NCBI GenBank assembly: GCA_963766715.1 | Contig: CAVYBH010000008.1 | Span: 768,001-832,000, forward strand | DNA from: an uncultured delta proteobacterium | GTDB taxonomy: Bacteria > Myxococcota > Myxococcia > Myxococcales > Anaeromyxobacteraceae | Length of the DNA: 64,000 bases | Direction of reading: 5' to 3' | In this document: one piece after another, positions 1 through 11,777 of the stretch | Layout of the letters: every line of letters starts with the position of its first letter | Position numbering within the stretch: position 1 is the first letter of the stretch | Made by a program: the position numbers and the translations under genes | The notes under the pieces: generated by a model | Database searches by the model: none | What the model was told of the DNA's origin: nothing | Seen by the model: the letters and a program-made list of their open reading frames with translations, nothing else

Positions 1-9
1 CCGGCGACC

Positions 10-561
10 TCAGTGCGGGTCGCCGCCCTTGCCGGCCGGCCGGCGGTGGAAGAAGAGGTCGAAGACGCTGCCCGCCCCGAGCGCGTCGGCCGCCTCCTGG
101 AAGGCGAAGAAGGGCACGAACGCGACCAGCATGAGCTGGAACCGGGCGAGCATCTCGTACCCGCGTCCGCCGGAGAGGTCGAACACGGCCTTCACCGGCT
201 CGTGGTGGAGGAGCGCGTGGATCAGGTGCTCGCACATCACCAGCACCGCCGCGAACAGGGCGAAGACGATCGACTTCCAGACGGTGGAGACGATGAGCGG
301 CGCCGTCCGGAACCGGGTGCCGATGTGCAGGGCCTCCCCGATGAGGATCACCTTGGCGAGGATCATGGCCTGGAGGAGCGCCCACCCGTACTCGAAGTAG
401 CCGATGTGGTACTCGGCCATCACGAGCTTGCGGTAGGTGGTGAGCGCGAGGAAGAAGCAGGCCAGGTAGGCCCCGATGAGGAGGTACTCCCTCGTCTCGT
501 GCTCGATCTTCTCCTTCAGCGCCTCCTTCCTGGCGCCGCCGCCCGATCCGTGGCTGGACAT
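10..561 (-). CDS. Uncharacterised integral membrane protein (about 4 TM, 183 aa)
   Basis: C-terminal part of ORF 10..963, from ATG at 561 (MSSHGSGG...EHETREYLLIGAYLACFFLAL); several hydrophobic helices; AAGGA RBS upstream. Confidence 0.75.
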   Translation of the reverse strand: MSSHGSGGGARKEALKEKIEHETREYLLIGAYLACFFLALTTYRKLVMAEYHIGYFEYGWALLQAMILAKVILIGEALHIGTRFRTAPLIVSTVWKSIVFALFAAVLVMCEHLIHALLHHEPVKAVFDLSGGRGYEMLARFQLMLVAFVPFFAFQEAADALGAGSVFDLFFHRRPAGKGGDPH

Positions 562-575
562 GGTTCCTTGACGAC

Positions 576-1648
576 TCAGTTCCAGTAGTACCGGAAGTTG
601 ATCCAGGCGAGGGTGGCTGGAGACCTGCTGGGTCTCGAGGCGGCTCCACTTCCAGTCGAGCTCCAGGCCGAGCGCGAGGTCCTTGCGGCCGGTGTAGTAG
701 AGGCCGAAGCCTGTCCTCGTTGGCCGTCGTGACCCCGTTGCCGCCGATCGGCGATGGTGATGGTAGGCCACGTTCAGCACCGAGGGGCAGCCAGTGGAGG
801 AGCGGCATGGCGTCGAAGTCGACCATCGCGGCGAAGGTCGCCCCGTTCGTGGCGACGGAGGTCGTGCCCGGTCTTGGTCGGGCGCGATGAACTGGGCGTT
901 CGCGATGACGCCCAGGTAGGGGTCGGGCGCCCAGGCCCCGTTGAGCCCGGCCGTCCAGGTCACGGTGTTGTCGCTCTGGAATCCCTGCGACGAGGTCGAA
1001 CCGGCAATTCGGCGGGTCGATCCGGCACTGGTTGAGGGCGTCTGGAGATCCCGCTGGCGAGAAGGAGGGCGTAGACCGGGCCGTAGGCTGGCGTCGAGCG
1101 TGGCCGCCGAAGCGGAAGTTCTCTCCCACCGGGAGGCTCCCCTTCACGCCGATGTCGCCGGTGATCCGGGCCGACGTCCCGACGGTGAAGGCCGCGCCGT
1201 TCCCGGTGCCCAGGTAGGCGGTGGTGATGAGGCCGGCGCGCGCCGACAGGTACTCGAGGATGCGGACGTTCTGAGCATGAAGCCCGACCCCGAGCCCGGT
1301 GTAGCCGTACCACTTCTCCTGGTCCGGGCTGATGAAGGCGGCGGGCTCAGCTGGAGCACCGGGCCCAGCGCGTTGCCGGATCCGAGGCCGAAGGACATCC
1401 CGAAGGCCGTGTAGGAGAACGGATCGTCGATGATGTGGGAGGGCAGGAAGAAGTGGCCGTTCAGCTCCCGGCCCCACTTCTGCTCCTCCGGCGTGGGGCT
1501 CGACCAGGACGGCGGTCGTGTCGCCGCGGCGGTCTTCGCGGTGACGCGCGGCGGGCGCGGCCTCGGGCGCGGGCTTGGCCTCCTGGGCATTCGCCGGGGC
1601 GCTCCACGACAGGGCGGCAATCGCGACCAGGGACGCAAACGTTCTCAT
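576..1648 (-). CDS. Secreted, probable outer-membrane beta-barrel protein (frameshifted)
   Basis: Signal peptide MRTFASLVAIAALSWSAPA at 1648; segments ELNGHFFLPSHIIDDPFSYTAFGMSFG, GFGLYYTGRKDLALGLELDWKW and C-terminus LAWINFRYYWN* lie in different frames. Confidence 0.55.
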
Positions 1649-1849
1649 GGGGATCCCCTCCGGGGAGTGACGGATGGTGGGCAGGCCGGGGTGTTCGGCT
1701 CCGTGGGCCGGGATACTAGTCCACTGGCAGTCAGCGATGTCCCCTCCGGATTCCCCGTGCACCCCCAACAGGACGCTGACGCCCGGCCGGCGTCCGGCTA
1801 AAAAGGCCCGTCCCCGCCATCCCGGCGGAAAAATCCACTTGGAGAGTCC

Positions 1850-2335
1850 ATGAGAATCGCCCTCGCCGCCCTCGTCCTCGTCCCCACCCTCGCGCTCGCC
1901 CAGGGGACGCCGGCGCCGGCCGCGTCCGCCTCCACCGACCAGAAGGCCACCCTGCAGAGCATCGAGAAGGACCTGCTCGCCGCGCGCGCCGACATCATCT
2001 CCAAGAACCTGGGGCTCACCGCCGACCAGGCCGCCAAGTTCTGGCCCACGTACGAGAAGTACCAGGCCGAGCTGAAGGGCATCATCGACACGCAGCTCCA
2101 GAACGTGAAGAAGTACGCCGAGAACTACCAGACCCTCACCGACGCCCAGGCCGTCGAGCTCGCCAACGCGACGATCGACCGGGACCTCGCCGCCGACGGG
2201 CTGCGCAAGAAGTGGCTGCCCGAGTTCCAGAAGGTCCTCCCGGGCAAGGTGGCCGCGCGCTTCATGCAGATCGACCGGCGACTCTCGCTGCTCACCCAGC
2301 TCGAGCTCGCTTCCCAGATCCCGCTGGTCCGCTGA
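1850..2335 (+). CDS. Periplasmic helical protein, Spy/CpxP-like
   Basis: Intact 161-aa ORF with signal peptide, [13 protein letters not shown] and [10 protein letters not shown] motifs; GGAG RBS. Confidence 0.7.
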   Translation: MRIALAALVLVPTLALAQGTPAPAASASTDQKATLQSIEKDLLAARADIISKNLGLTADQAAKFWPTYEKYQAELKGIIDTQLQNVKKYAENYQTLTDAQAVELANATIDRDLAADGLRKKWLPEFQKVLPGKVAARFMQIDRRLSLLTQLELASQIPLVR

Positions 2336-2354
2336 CCCCGGCCACGCCGGGGGT
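2335..2354 (+). terminator. GC hairpin after the stop codon (possible terminator or stabiliser)
   Basis: accccggc-cac-gccgggggt inverted repeat; no U-tract. Confidence 0.3.
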
Positions 2355-2397
2355 GGTGGCGGTCCCGCCGCTCCCGGCGGTAGGCTCGTGCCGCACC

Positions 2398-3757
2398 GTG
2401 ACCGATCCGGCTCCAGCTTCCCCTGCGCGTGCTCGTCATCGACGACGAGCCCAACATCCGCGACACGGTCGCCCTTTGCCTCCAGGGAGCGGGGGCCCGG
2501 GTGGACAAGGTCGGCTCCGGACTCTGCAGCGCTCGAGGCGCTGCGCCTCGCCCCCTACGACCTGGCCTTCTGCGATCTCCGGCTCGGCCAGGAGAGCGGG
2601 CTCGACCTCATCCCGCGCCTGCTGGCCGAGCGCCCGGGGCTCGACGTGGTCGTCATCACCGCCTTCGCCACCTTCGACACGGCGGTGGAGGCGATCCGCC
2701 GGGGCGCGCGCGACTACCTTCCCAAGCCCTTCACGCCCGCCCAGGTCCGCCACCAGCTCGAGGCCGCCCGGCAGCGCCGCGCCACCGCCTCCCGGCTGGA
2801 CGATCTGGAGAGCGCGGCTCGCCGACGCCGCGCCCGACGTCCGGCTCGAATCGGCATCCCCCCGCGTCCGCGCCACGCTGGAGACGCTCATGAAGGCGGC
2901 TCCGCACGACGTATCCGTGCTGCTCCGCGGCGAGAGCGGCACGGGCAAGGGCGTGCTGGCCCGGGCCCTCCACGCGGCCAGCCCCCGGCACGAGCGGCCG
3001 TTCGTGGTGGTGAACTGCCCGACCCTCTCCGAGGAGCTGCTGGCGAGCGAGCTCTTCGGCCACGCCCGCGGCTCGTTCACGGGCGCGACCCGCGACCAGC
3101 CCGGCCGCATCGAGGCCGCGGAGGGCGGCACGGTGTTCCTGGACGAGATCGGCGACATCTCCCCCTCGCTCCAGGCCAAGCTCCTCCGCTTCCTGCAGGA
3201 GAAGCGCTTCGAGCGGATCGGCGAGAACCGGACCCGCGTCGCCGACGTGCGCGTCGTCGCGGCGACCAACCGCGACCTGGAGACGGGCCGTGAAGGAGGG
3301 GCGGTTCCGGGAGGACCTCCTCTACCGGCTGAACGTGGTGGAGGTGACCGTCCCGCCGCTCCGCGAGCGCACCGAGGACATCCTCCCGCTGGCGCGGAGC
3401 TTCGTCGCCTTCTTCGCCACGCAGGCCCGGCGCGCCCCCCCGGAGATCTCGCCCGCGACCGAGCGGATGCTCGTCGCCTGGCCCTGGCCGGGCAACGTCC
3501 GCGAGCTGCGCAACGCCATCGAGCGGGCGGTGATCCTCACGCCCGGGCAGCTGCTCGAGCCGGAGAGCTTCCCGGAGCGCATGGCCGGGCATGCCGCGCG
3601 CGTTCCCACCCTGGGGGGCGACTACACGGTCGCGGAGGTGGAGCGGGAGCACATCCTCCGCGTCCTGGCCCGCACCGCCACGCAGGACGAGGCGGCGCGG
3701 ATCCTCGGGCTCGACGCCTCGACGCTGTGGCGGAAGCGGAAGAAGGAAGGGCGCTGA
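2398..3757 (+). CDS. Sigma-54-dependent response regulator (NtrC/AlgB-like; REC-AAA+-Fis HTH), frameshifted
   Basis: [11 protein letters not shown] and DYLPKPF receiver; [40 protein letters not shown]+ motifs; [16 protein letters not shown]. Confidence 0.9.
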
Positions 3758-5598
3758 GGGCTGCAAGCGTCCCGGGGCGGCGCCGCCGGGAGCGTGAACC
3801 AGAAGGTGCTGCCCTTCCCGACCTCGCTCGTGGCGCCCATCTCCCCGCCGTGGGCGCGGACCACCTCGCGGGAGATGTAGAGCCCGAGCCCCACCCCGCC
3901 CCGCTTCGAGCCCGGCACCTGGAAGAAGCGATCGAAGATCCGCTCCTGGTACTGGGGGGGGATCCCCTCGCCGCTGTCCTGCACCTCGAAACGGACGCCG
4001 TCCTCTGCCTGGCGCGAGGCGGGCGGTGACGCGGCCCCCGCGGCGGCGTGTGCCGGACGGCGTTCGCCGAGCAGGTTGGCGAGCACGACGCCGATCCGCT
4101 CCGGATCGGCCTGGATCGGGACCGGCTGCGGCCGGGGCCTCCACCGAGAGGTCGAGCCCCGCCCCCCGCGCCGCGGCGGCGGCCTCGGCGGCCGCGTGCG
4201 CGAGGAGCGCCCCCGCCTCGACGGCGCGGGCGTGGATCTCGATCCGGCCGGCCTGGATCCGCGACAGGTCGAGGATGTCGTCGACGATGCCCTGGAGCCG
4301 CTCGCAGTCCTGGCGCGCCGCCGCCATGAGGTCGGCCTGCTGGGGCGTGAGCGGGCCGGCCGCCTCCTCCGCGCACATGTGGACGGCCATGCGCAGGGAC
4401 GTGAGGGGCGTGCGGAACTCGTGGGCCACCGTGGCGACGAGGTCGTTCTTCAGCTCGTCGAAGCGCACCAGCCGGGTCACGTCCTGGAGGACCATCGTGA
4501 CGCCGGTGACCGCGCCCTCCTCGGAGTAGAGGGCCGTGGCCCGCGGGAGGAGCCGGTGCGGGCCGTCGGGGAGGTCGACGCGGACGGCCTCGTCGAAGCC
4601 CCGGGGCACCACCGCTCCCTTCCCGGAGAGCACGTGGGCCCGGATCGCCTCGATGCGCTCCCGCAGCGAGGGGTCGAGCGCGTGGATCGGGGTGCCCGCC
4701 CCCGTCCCCGGCGCCATGCGGAGCAGGGCCTCGGCGGCGCGATTCTGGTTCAGGATCCCGCCGGCGGCGTCGAGGACGAGCACCGGGTCGGGCAGGCTGT
4801 CGATGGCGGCCTGGGAGGCCTGCTGGGCCTGGATGAGGTCGCCGAGGGAGCTCTTGCGGTACTCCTCCAGCCGGTCGGCCATGGTGTTGAACTCGGTCGC
4901 GAGCGCGGCGATCTCGTCCTTGCCCCGGGGGCGCGCCCGCGACTCCAGGTCGCCCTCGCCGAAGCGGCGCACGGCCAGCGAGAGGGCGGACAGCGGCTGC
5001 ACGATCCGTGCGGTGAGGGCGAAGGAGGCGACGAGGCCGAGGGCGAGGGCCGCGACGGTGGCCGCCAGCATGAGCTGGAGCAGGCGCTGCGCGGAGCGGC
5101 GCGCCTGGTTGCTCTTGCGCACCATCGCGTCCTGGTTGAGCGCGAGCACCTCGTCGATGGCCGCTCGCACGGCCATGGAGCGCTGCTGCAGCGGGCCCGA
5201 GGTAGGCGGGGAGCTTCGTCGCCGGGCGGCCTCCTGCTCGCCCCTCGGCGGCCCGGTAGGCCATCCACGCGGTTCGCAGCCGATCGGTGGCCGGCCCCTC
5301 GCCCGGCTCGGTGAGGTTTCCCTCCTGGACGCGCAGCTCCGACTCGAAGCGATCGCGGAGCACGTCTGGCCGACTCCCCCGCCGGCCGGCCCAGCGCGCG
5401 CAGCAGCGCCTCGCGGTCGAGCCCGTCGAGCGCGTCTCCCATGCGCTGGGCGGCGAGCACGCTCCGGTAGTTGTCCTGGAGGATGGTCTCCGAGCTGTCC
5501 CCCAGGGAGGCGACCGTCCGGAGCGACGCCGCGCCGACGACGAGCAGCGCCGCCGCGAGCGGCACCTGGGCGAGGAGCAGCCTGCGGCGCAGGGTCAC
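3622..5598 (-). CDS. Sensor histidine kinase, KinB-like (TM-sensor-TM-HAMP-PAS-HisKA-HATPase), frameshifted; 3' end uncertain
   Basis: [17 protein letters not shown] sensor helix, HAMP ([17 protein letters not shown]), [12 protein letters not shown]-box, QDSGEGIP and GVGLGLYIS ATPase boxes. Confidence 0.9.
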
Positions 5599-6744
5599 GG
5601 TGGTCCCTCTCCTCGTCGAAGGAGACCACGTGGACGTCGAGCCCCTCGGCGCCGTCCACCACGCGGTCGAGCACCGAGCGGCGCAGGTGCCGCCGCCACC
5701 ACGGCTCGGTGCCCCGCCCCAGGATGAGGTCGCTCACCCGGTGGGCCCGCGCGAAGTCGAGGAGCGCGCGCGGCCGGATCGTCGGACTGCAGCCGCACCA
5801 CCTCGCCCCCCAGCTCCTTGGCCCGGGCGATGTTGGCGTGCAGGTGGCGCTGCGCCTCCGAGTCGATGCGCTCGGGCGCCTCCCGCGGCGTCTCGACGTA
5901 GACCACGTACCAGTCGGTGTTGAGCCGGCCGGCCATGCGCGACCCCGCCGCAGCAGGGTCGCCGCGTGCGGGGGGTTGGAGGAGAGGCACACCATGACCC
6001 GGCCGGGGGCCGGGGCCGCCGGCGCGGCGGAGGGCTGGCGGATGGCGGCGCGGTCGAGGCTCTGCGCCACCTCGCGGAGCGACAGCTCGCGCAGCGTGGA
6101 GAGGTTGGCGTCGCGGAAGAAGTGCTCGAGGGCCCAGGGAATCCGGTCGGCCGGGTAGATCTTGCCCGGCCTTGAGCCGGTCGAGGAGGTCCTCCACCGC
6201 CAGGTCGAGGTTCACCACCTGGTCGGCCTGCTCGAGGAAGGAGTCGGGGACGGTCTCCCGCACCTGCACGCCGGTGCTGCGCTGGATGAGGTCGTTCAGC
6301 GACTCGAGGTGCTGGATGTTGAGCGCGCCGATGACGTTCACGCCCGCGTCGAGCAGCTCGAGGACGTCCTGGTAGCGCTTGCCGTGGCGCGAGCCCGGCG
6401 CGTTGGTGTGCGGGATCTCGTCGACGATGGCCACGGTGGGCTTGCGCGCCAGCACCGCGTCGAGGTCCATCTCCTCCACCGCGACGCCGCGGTACTCGAC
6501 CCGGCGCCGGGGGACGACCTCGAGGTCGCCGATCAGCGCCTGCCGTCTCGGCGCGCCCGTGGGTCTCGACGAGCGCGCCCACCACGTCCACGCCCCGCCT
6601 GCGCAGCGCGTGGGCCTCCTCGAGCATGCGCCAGGTCTTGCCCACGCCGGCCGCGAACCCGACGTAGAGCTTGAGCTTGCCGCGCCTCGCCCGCTCGACG
6701 AGCTCGAGGAAGTCCTCCGGCCGCTGGCGGACGGGCGCCGTCAT
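5595..6744 (-). CDS. kdpD: Split KdpD: N-terminal KdpD domain plus Usp domain only, no TM or kinase domain (frameshifted)
   Basis: GKLKLYVGFAAGVGKT Walker A, VETHGRAET, VDEIPHTNAPGSRHGKRYQDVLELL, NIQHLESLND; Usp region WYVVYVET...LILG. Confidence 0.88.
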
Positions 6745-6754
6745 CCCGTCCGTT

Positions 6755-7362
6755 CTACCCCTTCGCCGCGACGGCCGGGCGCCCGAACTGCCGGTCGAGG
6801 GCGAGGTTGAGGAGCAGCACGTTCACCCGGGGCTCGCCGAGCAGGCCGAGCTCGCGCCCCTCGACCGCGTCCTCGACGAGCGCCCGGACGCGCGCCTCGC
6901 TCACGCCGCGGGCGCCGGCGACCCGCGCCACCTGCCAGAGCGCGCCGGCCGGGGAGAGGTGCGGGTCGAGCCCGCTCCCGGAGGTGGTGACCAGCTCCGC
7001 CGGCACCGAGGCCGGCGCGGCCGGGTTCTCGGCGCGGAGCCGGGCGGCGTCGGCCGCCACCCGTTCCCGCAGCTTCGCGGAGGTGGGGCCCAGGTTCGAG
7101 CCGCTCGACGCGAGGCCGTCGCAGCCCTTCTCCCCGGCCGCCGACGGGCGCGGCTGGAAGTAGGCCGGCGACGAGAAGCCCTGGCCGATCAGCTCGGAGC
7201 CCACCGACCTTGCCCGACGCCGTCGAGGACGATGCTCCCCCGGCCCGGCGCGGGAAGAGCACCTGGGCCACGCCCGTCACGGCGAGTGGATAGAGGAGGC
7301 CCGGTGAGGACGAGCGTGACGACGGTGACGCGCAGAGCGAGGTCAGGATGTTGCTCTCGCAT
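6755..7362 (-). CDS. kdpC: K+-transporting ATPase subunit C (frameshifted)
   Basis: [50 protein letters not shown]. Confidence 0.95.
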
Positions 7363-7371
7363 GGTCTCTCC

Positions 7372-9422
7372 TCAGACGGCGCCGACGGCGGACAGCGCCA
7401 GGTCGATGAGCTTGATCCCGACGAACGGGGCCACCACCCCGCCCAGGCCGTAGATGAGCAGGGAGCGGCGGAGGACCGCGGCGGCGCCGAGCGGGCGGTA
7501 GCGCACGCCCCGGAGCGCCAGCGGGATGAGCAGCACGATGATGATCGCGTTGAAGATCACGGCCGAGAGGATGGCGCTGTAGGGCGAGGCGAGGTGCATG
7601 ACGTCGAGCGGCGCCATCTCCGGGTAGGCGGCCACGAAGAGGGCCGGGAGGATGGCGAAGTACTTGGCCACGTCGTTGGCGATGGAGAAGGTGGTGAGCG
7701 TCCCGCGGGTCATGAGCAGCTGCTTGCCCACCTCCACCACCTCGAGCAGCTTGGTCGGGTTGGAGTCCAGGTCCACCATGTTCCCGGCCTCCTTGGCGGC
7801 CTGGGTCCCGGTGTTCATGGCCACGCCCACGTCGGCCTGGGCCAGCGCCGGCGCGTCGTTCGTCCCGTCGCCGGTCATGGCCACGAGCTTGCCCTTGGCC
7901 TGCTCCTCCTGGATGAGGCGCATCTTGGCCTCCGGGGTCGCCTCGGCGAGGAAGTCGTCGACGCCGGCCTCCCGGGCGATGGCGGCGGCGGTGCGGGGGT
8001 TGTCGCCGGTGATCATCACCGTGCGGATGCCCATGGCCCGGAAGCGCTCGAAGCGCTCGGCGATGCCCCCCTTCACGACGTCCTTCAGCTCCACGATGCC
8101 CGAGCACCCGGGCGCCGTCGGAGACCGCGAGCGGCGTCCCCCCGGTGTCGCCGATGCGCCCGGCCGCGGCCACCATGTCGGGGTGCATCGCGCCGCCGAG
8201 CGCGGCCACGTGCTTCGCCCACCGCGTCCACCGCGCCCTTGCGGATGACCCGGTCGCCCAGGTCGCAGCCGCTCATCCGGGTCTGCGCGGTGAAGGGGAC
8301 GAAGCGCGCCTGCCCCTCCAGCTCCCGGCCGCGGATCGCGAACCGCTCCTTGGCGAGCACCACGATGGAGCGACCCTCCGGCGTCTCGTCGGCCAGGCTC
8401 GCCAGCTGGGCCGCGTCGGCCAGGTCCTCCACCCGCACGCCCGCGGCGGGGATGAAGTCGGAGGCCATCCGGTTGCCGAGCGTGATGGTGCCGGTCTTGT
8501 CGAGCAGCAGCACGTCCACGTCCCCGGCCGCCTCGACCGCCCGGCCGCTCATGGCGAGCACGTTCTTCCGCAGCAGGCGGTCCATCCCCGCGATGCCGAT
8601 GGCGGAGAGCAGGCCGCCGATGGTGGTGGGGATGAGGCAGACGAGCAGCGCGACGATCGCGGTGACGGAGAGGTGGATCCCCGAGTAGGCGGCGATGCGG
8701 CACGAGCGTGACGCAGGCGAAGAGGAAGATGAGCGTGAGGCCGACCAGCAGGATGTGGAGCGCGATCTCGTTCGGGGTCTTCTGCCGGGCGGCGCCCTCG
8801 ACGAGCCCGATCATCCGGTCGAGGAACGACTCGCCCGGGTTGGCGGTGATGCGCACCAGGATCCGGTCGGAGAGCACCGTCGTGCCGCCGGTGACCGCGC
8901 TGCGATCGCCGCCCGACTCGCGGATGACGGGCGCCGACTCGCCGGTGATGGCCGACTCGTTCACCGAGGCGACGCCCTCGATGACCTCGCCGTCGCCCGG
9001 GATCATCTGGCCGGCCTCCACCACCACCACGTCGCCCTTGCGGAGCGAGGCGGCCGGGACCTGCTCCTCCTGGCCGTTCGCCAGAGCCGCCGGGCGTCCA
9101 CGTCCCGCCGCATCTTGCGCAGCGTGTCGGCCTGGGCCTTGCCCGCGCCCCTCGGCCACCGCCTCGGCGAAGTTGGCGAAGATCACGGTGAACCAGAGCC
9201 AGAGGCTGACCGTGAGGGTGAACCAGCCGGGCGCGGCACCGGCGGGGCGGCGATCCGGTCCCGGAGCCAGAGCAGGGTCGTGAGCAGGCTGCCCACCTCG
9301 ACGACGAACATGACCGGGTTCTTCGCGACCAGCCGCGGGTCGAGCTTGGCGAGGCTGGCGATCGCCGCCGCGCGGAGGATGGCGGGATCGAGGAGCGAGC
9401 GTCTTCCGGGTTCGGGGGCCAT
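7372..9422 (-). CDS. kdpB: K+-transporting P-type ATPase subunit B (frameshifted)
   Basis: [26 protein letters not shown] phosphorylation motif, [24 protein letters not shown]. Confidence 0.97.
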
Positions 9423-9424
9423 GG

Positions 9425-11152
9425 CTAGAAGACCCTTCCGCGCAGGGCGGCGAAGTGCTCGAGCACCGGGCCGAGCGAGAGCGCCGGGAAGAAGGTCAGC
9501 GCGCCGACGATGAGGATGACCGAGACGAGGAGGAGGACGAAGGTGGGCCCGCCGGTGGGGAAGGTGCCCGGCCCGGGCGGCACGGACTTCTTCCCGACCA
9601 TGGCGCCGGCGATGGCCAGCGCGGGGACGATCATGAAGAAGCGGCCGAGGAGCATGTCCACGCCGAGCGCGAGGTTCCAGAACGGCGTGTTGGCGTTCAG
9701 GCCGGCGAAGGCCGAGCCGTTGTTGGCGGCGCCGCTGGTGAAGGCGTAGAGCATCTCCGAGAGCCCGTGCGGCCCGGCGTTGTTCGAGGGACGAGGTCCC
9801 GTACGGCGACCACCGCGGCCCAGCCGGAGAGGACCAGCACCGCCACCGGGAAGACCAGGATGTAGAGCACGGCGAGCTTCATCTCGCGCCCCTCCACCTT
9901 CTTCCCCAGGTACTCCGGCGTGCGCCCCACCATCAGGCCGGCCAGGAACACGGTGAGGATGGCCATGACGAGCATGCCGTAGAGGCCGGCCCCGACGCCG
10001 CCGAAGACCACCTCGCCGAGCTGCATGTTCACCATCGGGACGAGCCCGCCGATGGGCGTGAAGCTGTCGTGCATGGCGTTCACGGCGCCGCAGGAGGCGT
10101 CGGTGGTGACGGTCGCGAAGAGCGCGGAGCTCGCCACGCCGAACCGGGTCTCCTTGCCCTCCAGGTTGCCGGCGGCCTGGTCGATGCCCAGGCCGGCGAG
10201 CGCCGGGTTGTGGCGCGACTCGGCGCCGTAGGCGATCGCCGACGCCGGCGAGGAAGAGCGCGGCCATGGCGGCGAAGAGCGCCCAGCCCTGCCGCGTGTC
10301 CCTGCGCCATCCGCCCGTAGGTGAAGGTGAGGCCGGCCGGGATGAGGAAGATGAGCAGCATCTGGACCAGGTTCACGAGCGGCGTCGGGTTCTCGAACGG
10401 GTGGGCGCTGTTGGCGTTGAAGAAGCCGCCGCCGTTCGTCCCCAGCATCTTGATGGCCTCCTGGGAGGCGACCGGGCCGAGCGCGATGACCTGCTTCACG
10501 CCCTCGAGCGTCTGGACCTCGAGGTTCGGCGCGAGCGTCTGCACCACGCCCTGGGAGACGAGGAAGAGCGCCACCAGGAAGGAGAGCGGCAGGAGGACGT
10601 AGAGCGTCGCCCGCACCAGGTCGGCCCAGAAGTTCCCGAGCGTCCTCGGCCCTCCGGGCCCTCCGCGGCGGGTCAGCCCGCGCGCCAGCGCCAGCGCCAC
10701 GCCGATGCCGGCCGCGGCGGAGGTGAAGTTGTGCCAGGCGAGCCCCGCCATCTGGGCCAGGTAGCCCATGGTCGACTCGCCGCGCGTACGACTGCCAGTT
10801 GGTGTTGGTGGTGAAGCTGACGGCGGTGTTCCAGGCCAGCTCCGGCCCCACCGCGGCCGAGGCCGTTCGGGTTCAGCGGGAGCACCGCCTGCAGGCGCAG
10901 GATGGCGTAGGTGACGAGCACGCCCATGGCGCTGAAGACGAGCACCGAGACGGCGTACTCCTTCCAGTCCTGCTCCTTCTCCGGGTCCACGCCGCAGAGG
11001 CGGAAGAGCAGGCGCTCCACCGGCCCGAGCAGGCGCGGCAGGGGCCGCGCCCGGCTCTCGAACACGCGGTAGAGCCAGAGCCCCACCGGCTTCGTGAGCA
11101 GCAGCACGAGGAGCGAGAAGAGCCCGATCTGCAGCCAGCCGTTGACGGTCAC
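9425..11152 (-). CDS. kdpA: K+-transporting ATPase subunit A (frameshifted)
   Basis: [64 protein letters not shown]. Confidence 0.97.
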
Positions 11153-11160
11153 GGGATCCC

Positions 11161-11250
11161 CTAGAAGCGCTCGGGACGGAGCAGCGCGTAGACGAGGTAG
11201 GCCGCGAGCAGCGCGGCGACCCCGATGCCGAGGACGAAGTCGAGGGACAT
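11161..11250 (-). CDS. kdpF: KdpF subunit (29 aa)
   Basis: [29 protein letters not shown] directly upstream of kdpA; AGGAG RBS. Confidence 0.9.
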   Translation of the reverse strand: MSLDFVLGIGVAALLAAYLVYALLRPERF

Positions 11251-11258
11251 GAGGGCTC

Positions 11259-11343
11259 CTAGAGCCGGTCGAGAGCGCGGACGAAGGCGACCGAGAGGAC
11301 GAAGAAGGCGAGGGTGGCGAGCGGCGAGGGCGAGATCGGCCAT
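11259..11343 (-). CDS. Small hydrophobic peptide upstream of kdpF (about 27 aa, one indel)
   Basis: GAGGAG RBS, then MADLALA.. changing frame to ..LATLAFFVLSVAFVRALDRL*; single-TM character. Confidence 0.6.
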
Positions 11344-11354
11344 GGGACGGCTCC

Positions 11355-11697
11355 TCACTTGGTGGGGCGCGGGGTGTGGCTCCGCGCGATCTCCTGGCAG
11401 CGGCGCGTCGCACTCCGGGAACTGCGAGATGAACTGGATCTGCTCGACGCAGCGCTTCTCGAGGGCGTCGTCTCGCGGTCCGGAGCCGCAGAGCCGCTGG
11501 AGCTCCCCGAAGGCCTGCTGGTACACCGCCGCCCGCTCCACCGGATCCATTCGCCCGATGGCGCGCCGCTCCGCGCCCAGTGCTCCAGAAGAACGCGATG
11601 GCGAGGGCCGCGACGAGGAGGGCCGCGAGGACGCGCCAGGCGATCTGCCGGTTGGTCCGTGCGGATGCGGGCAAGCGTCGGATCCAGTGGTGGCCAT
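11355..11697 (-). CDS. Membrane-anchored Cys4 protein, first gene of the kdp operon (frameshifted)
   Basis: TM segment WRVLAALLVAALAIAFFW, then AERRAIGRMDPVERAAVYQQAFGELQRLC..RCVEQIQFISQFPECDARCQEIARSH, pieced across frames. Confidence 0.6.
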
Positions 11698-11709
11698 GCT
11701 TCCAGGTAG

Positions 11710-11725
11710 AGCAGTCGTCGTGCCA
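11710..11725 (-). promoter_or_regulatory. Sigma-54 (-24/-12) promoter of the kdp operon
   Basis: Minus strand TGGCACGACGACTGCT versus consensus TGGCACG-N4-TTGCW; one mismatch, exact GG/GC spacing. Confidence 0.75.
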
Positions 11726-11777
11726 TCGGATGGCGGCCTGATTCCGGGCACTTGGTCACCCAGGCCGCGGCCTGTCC

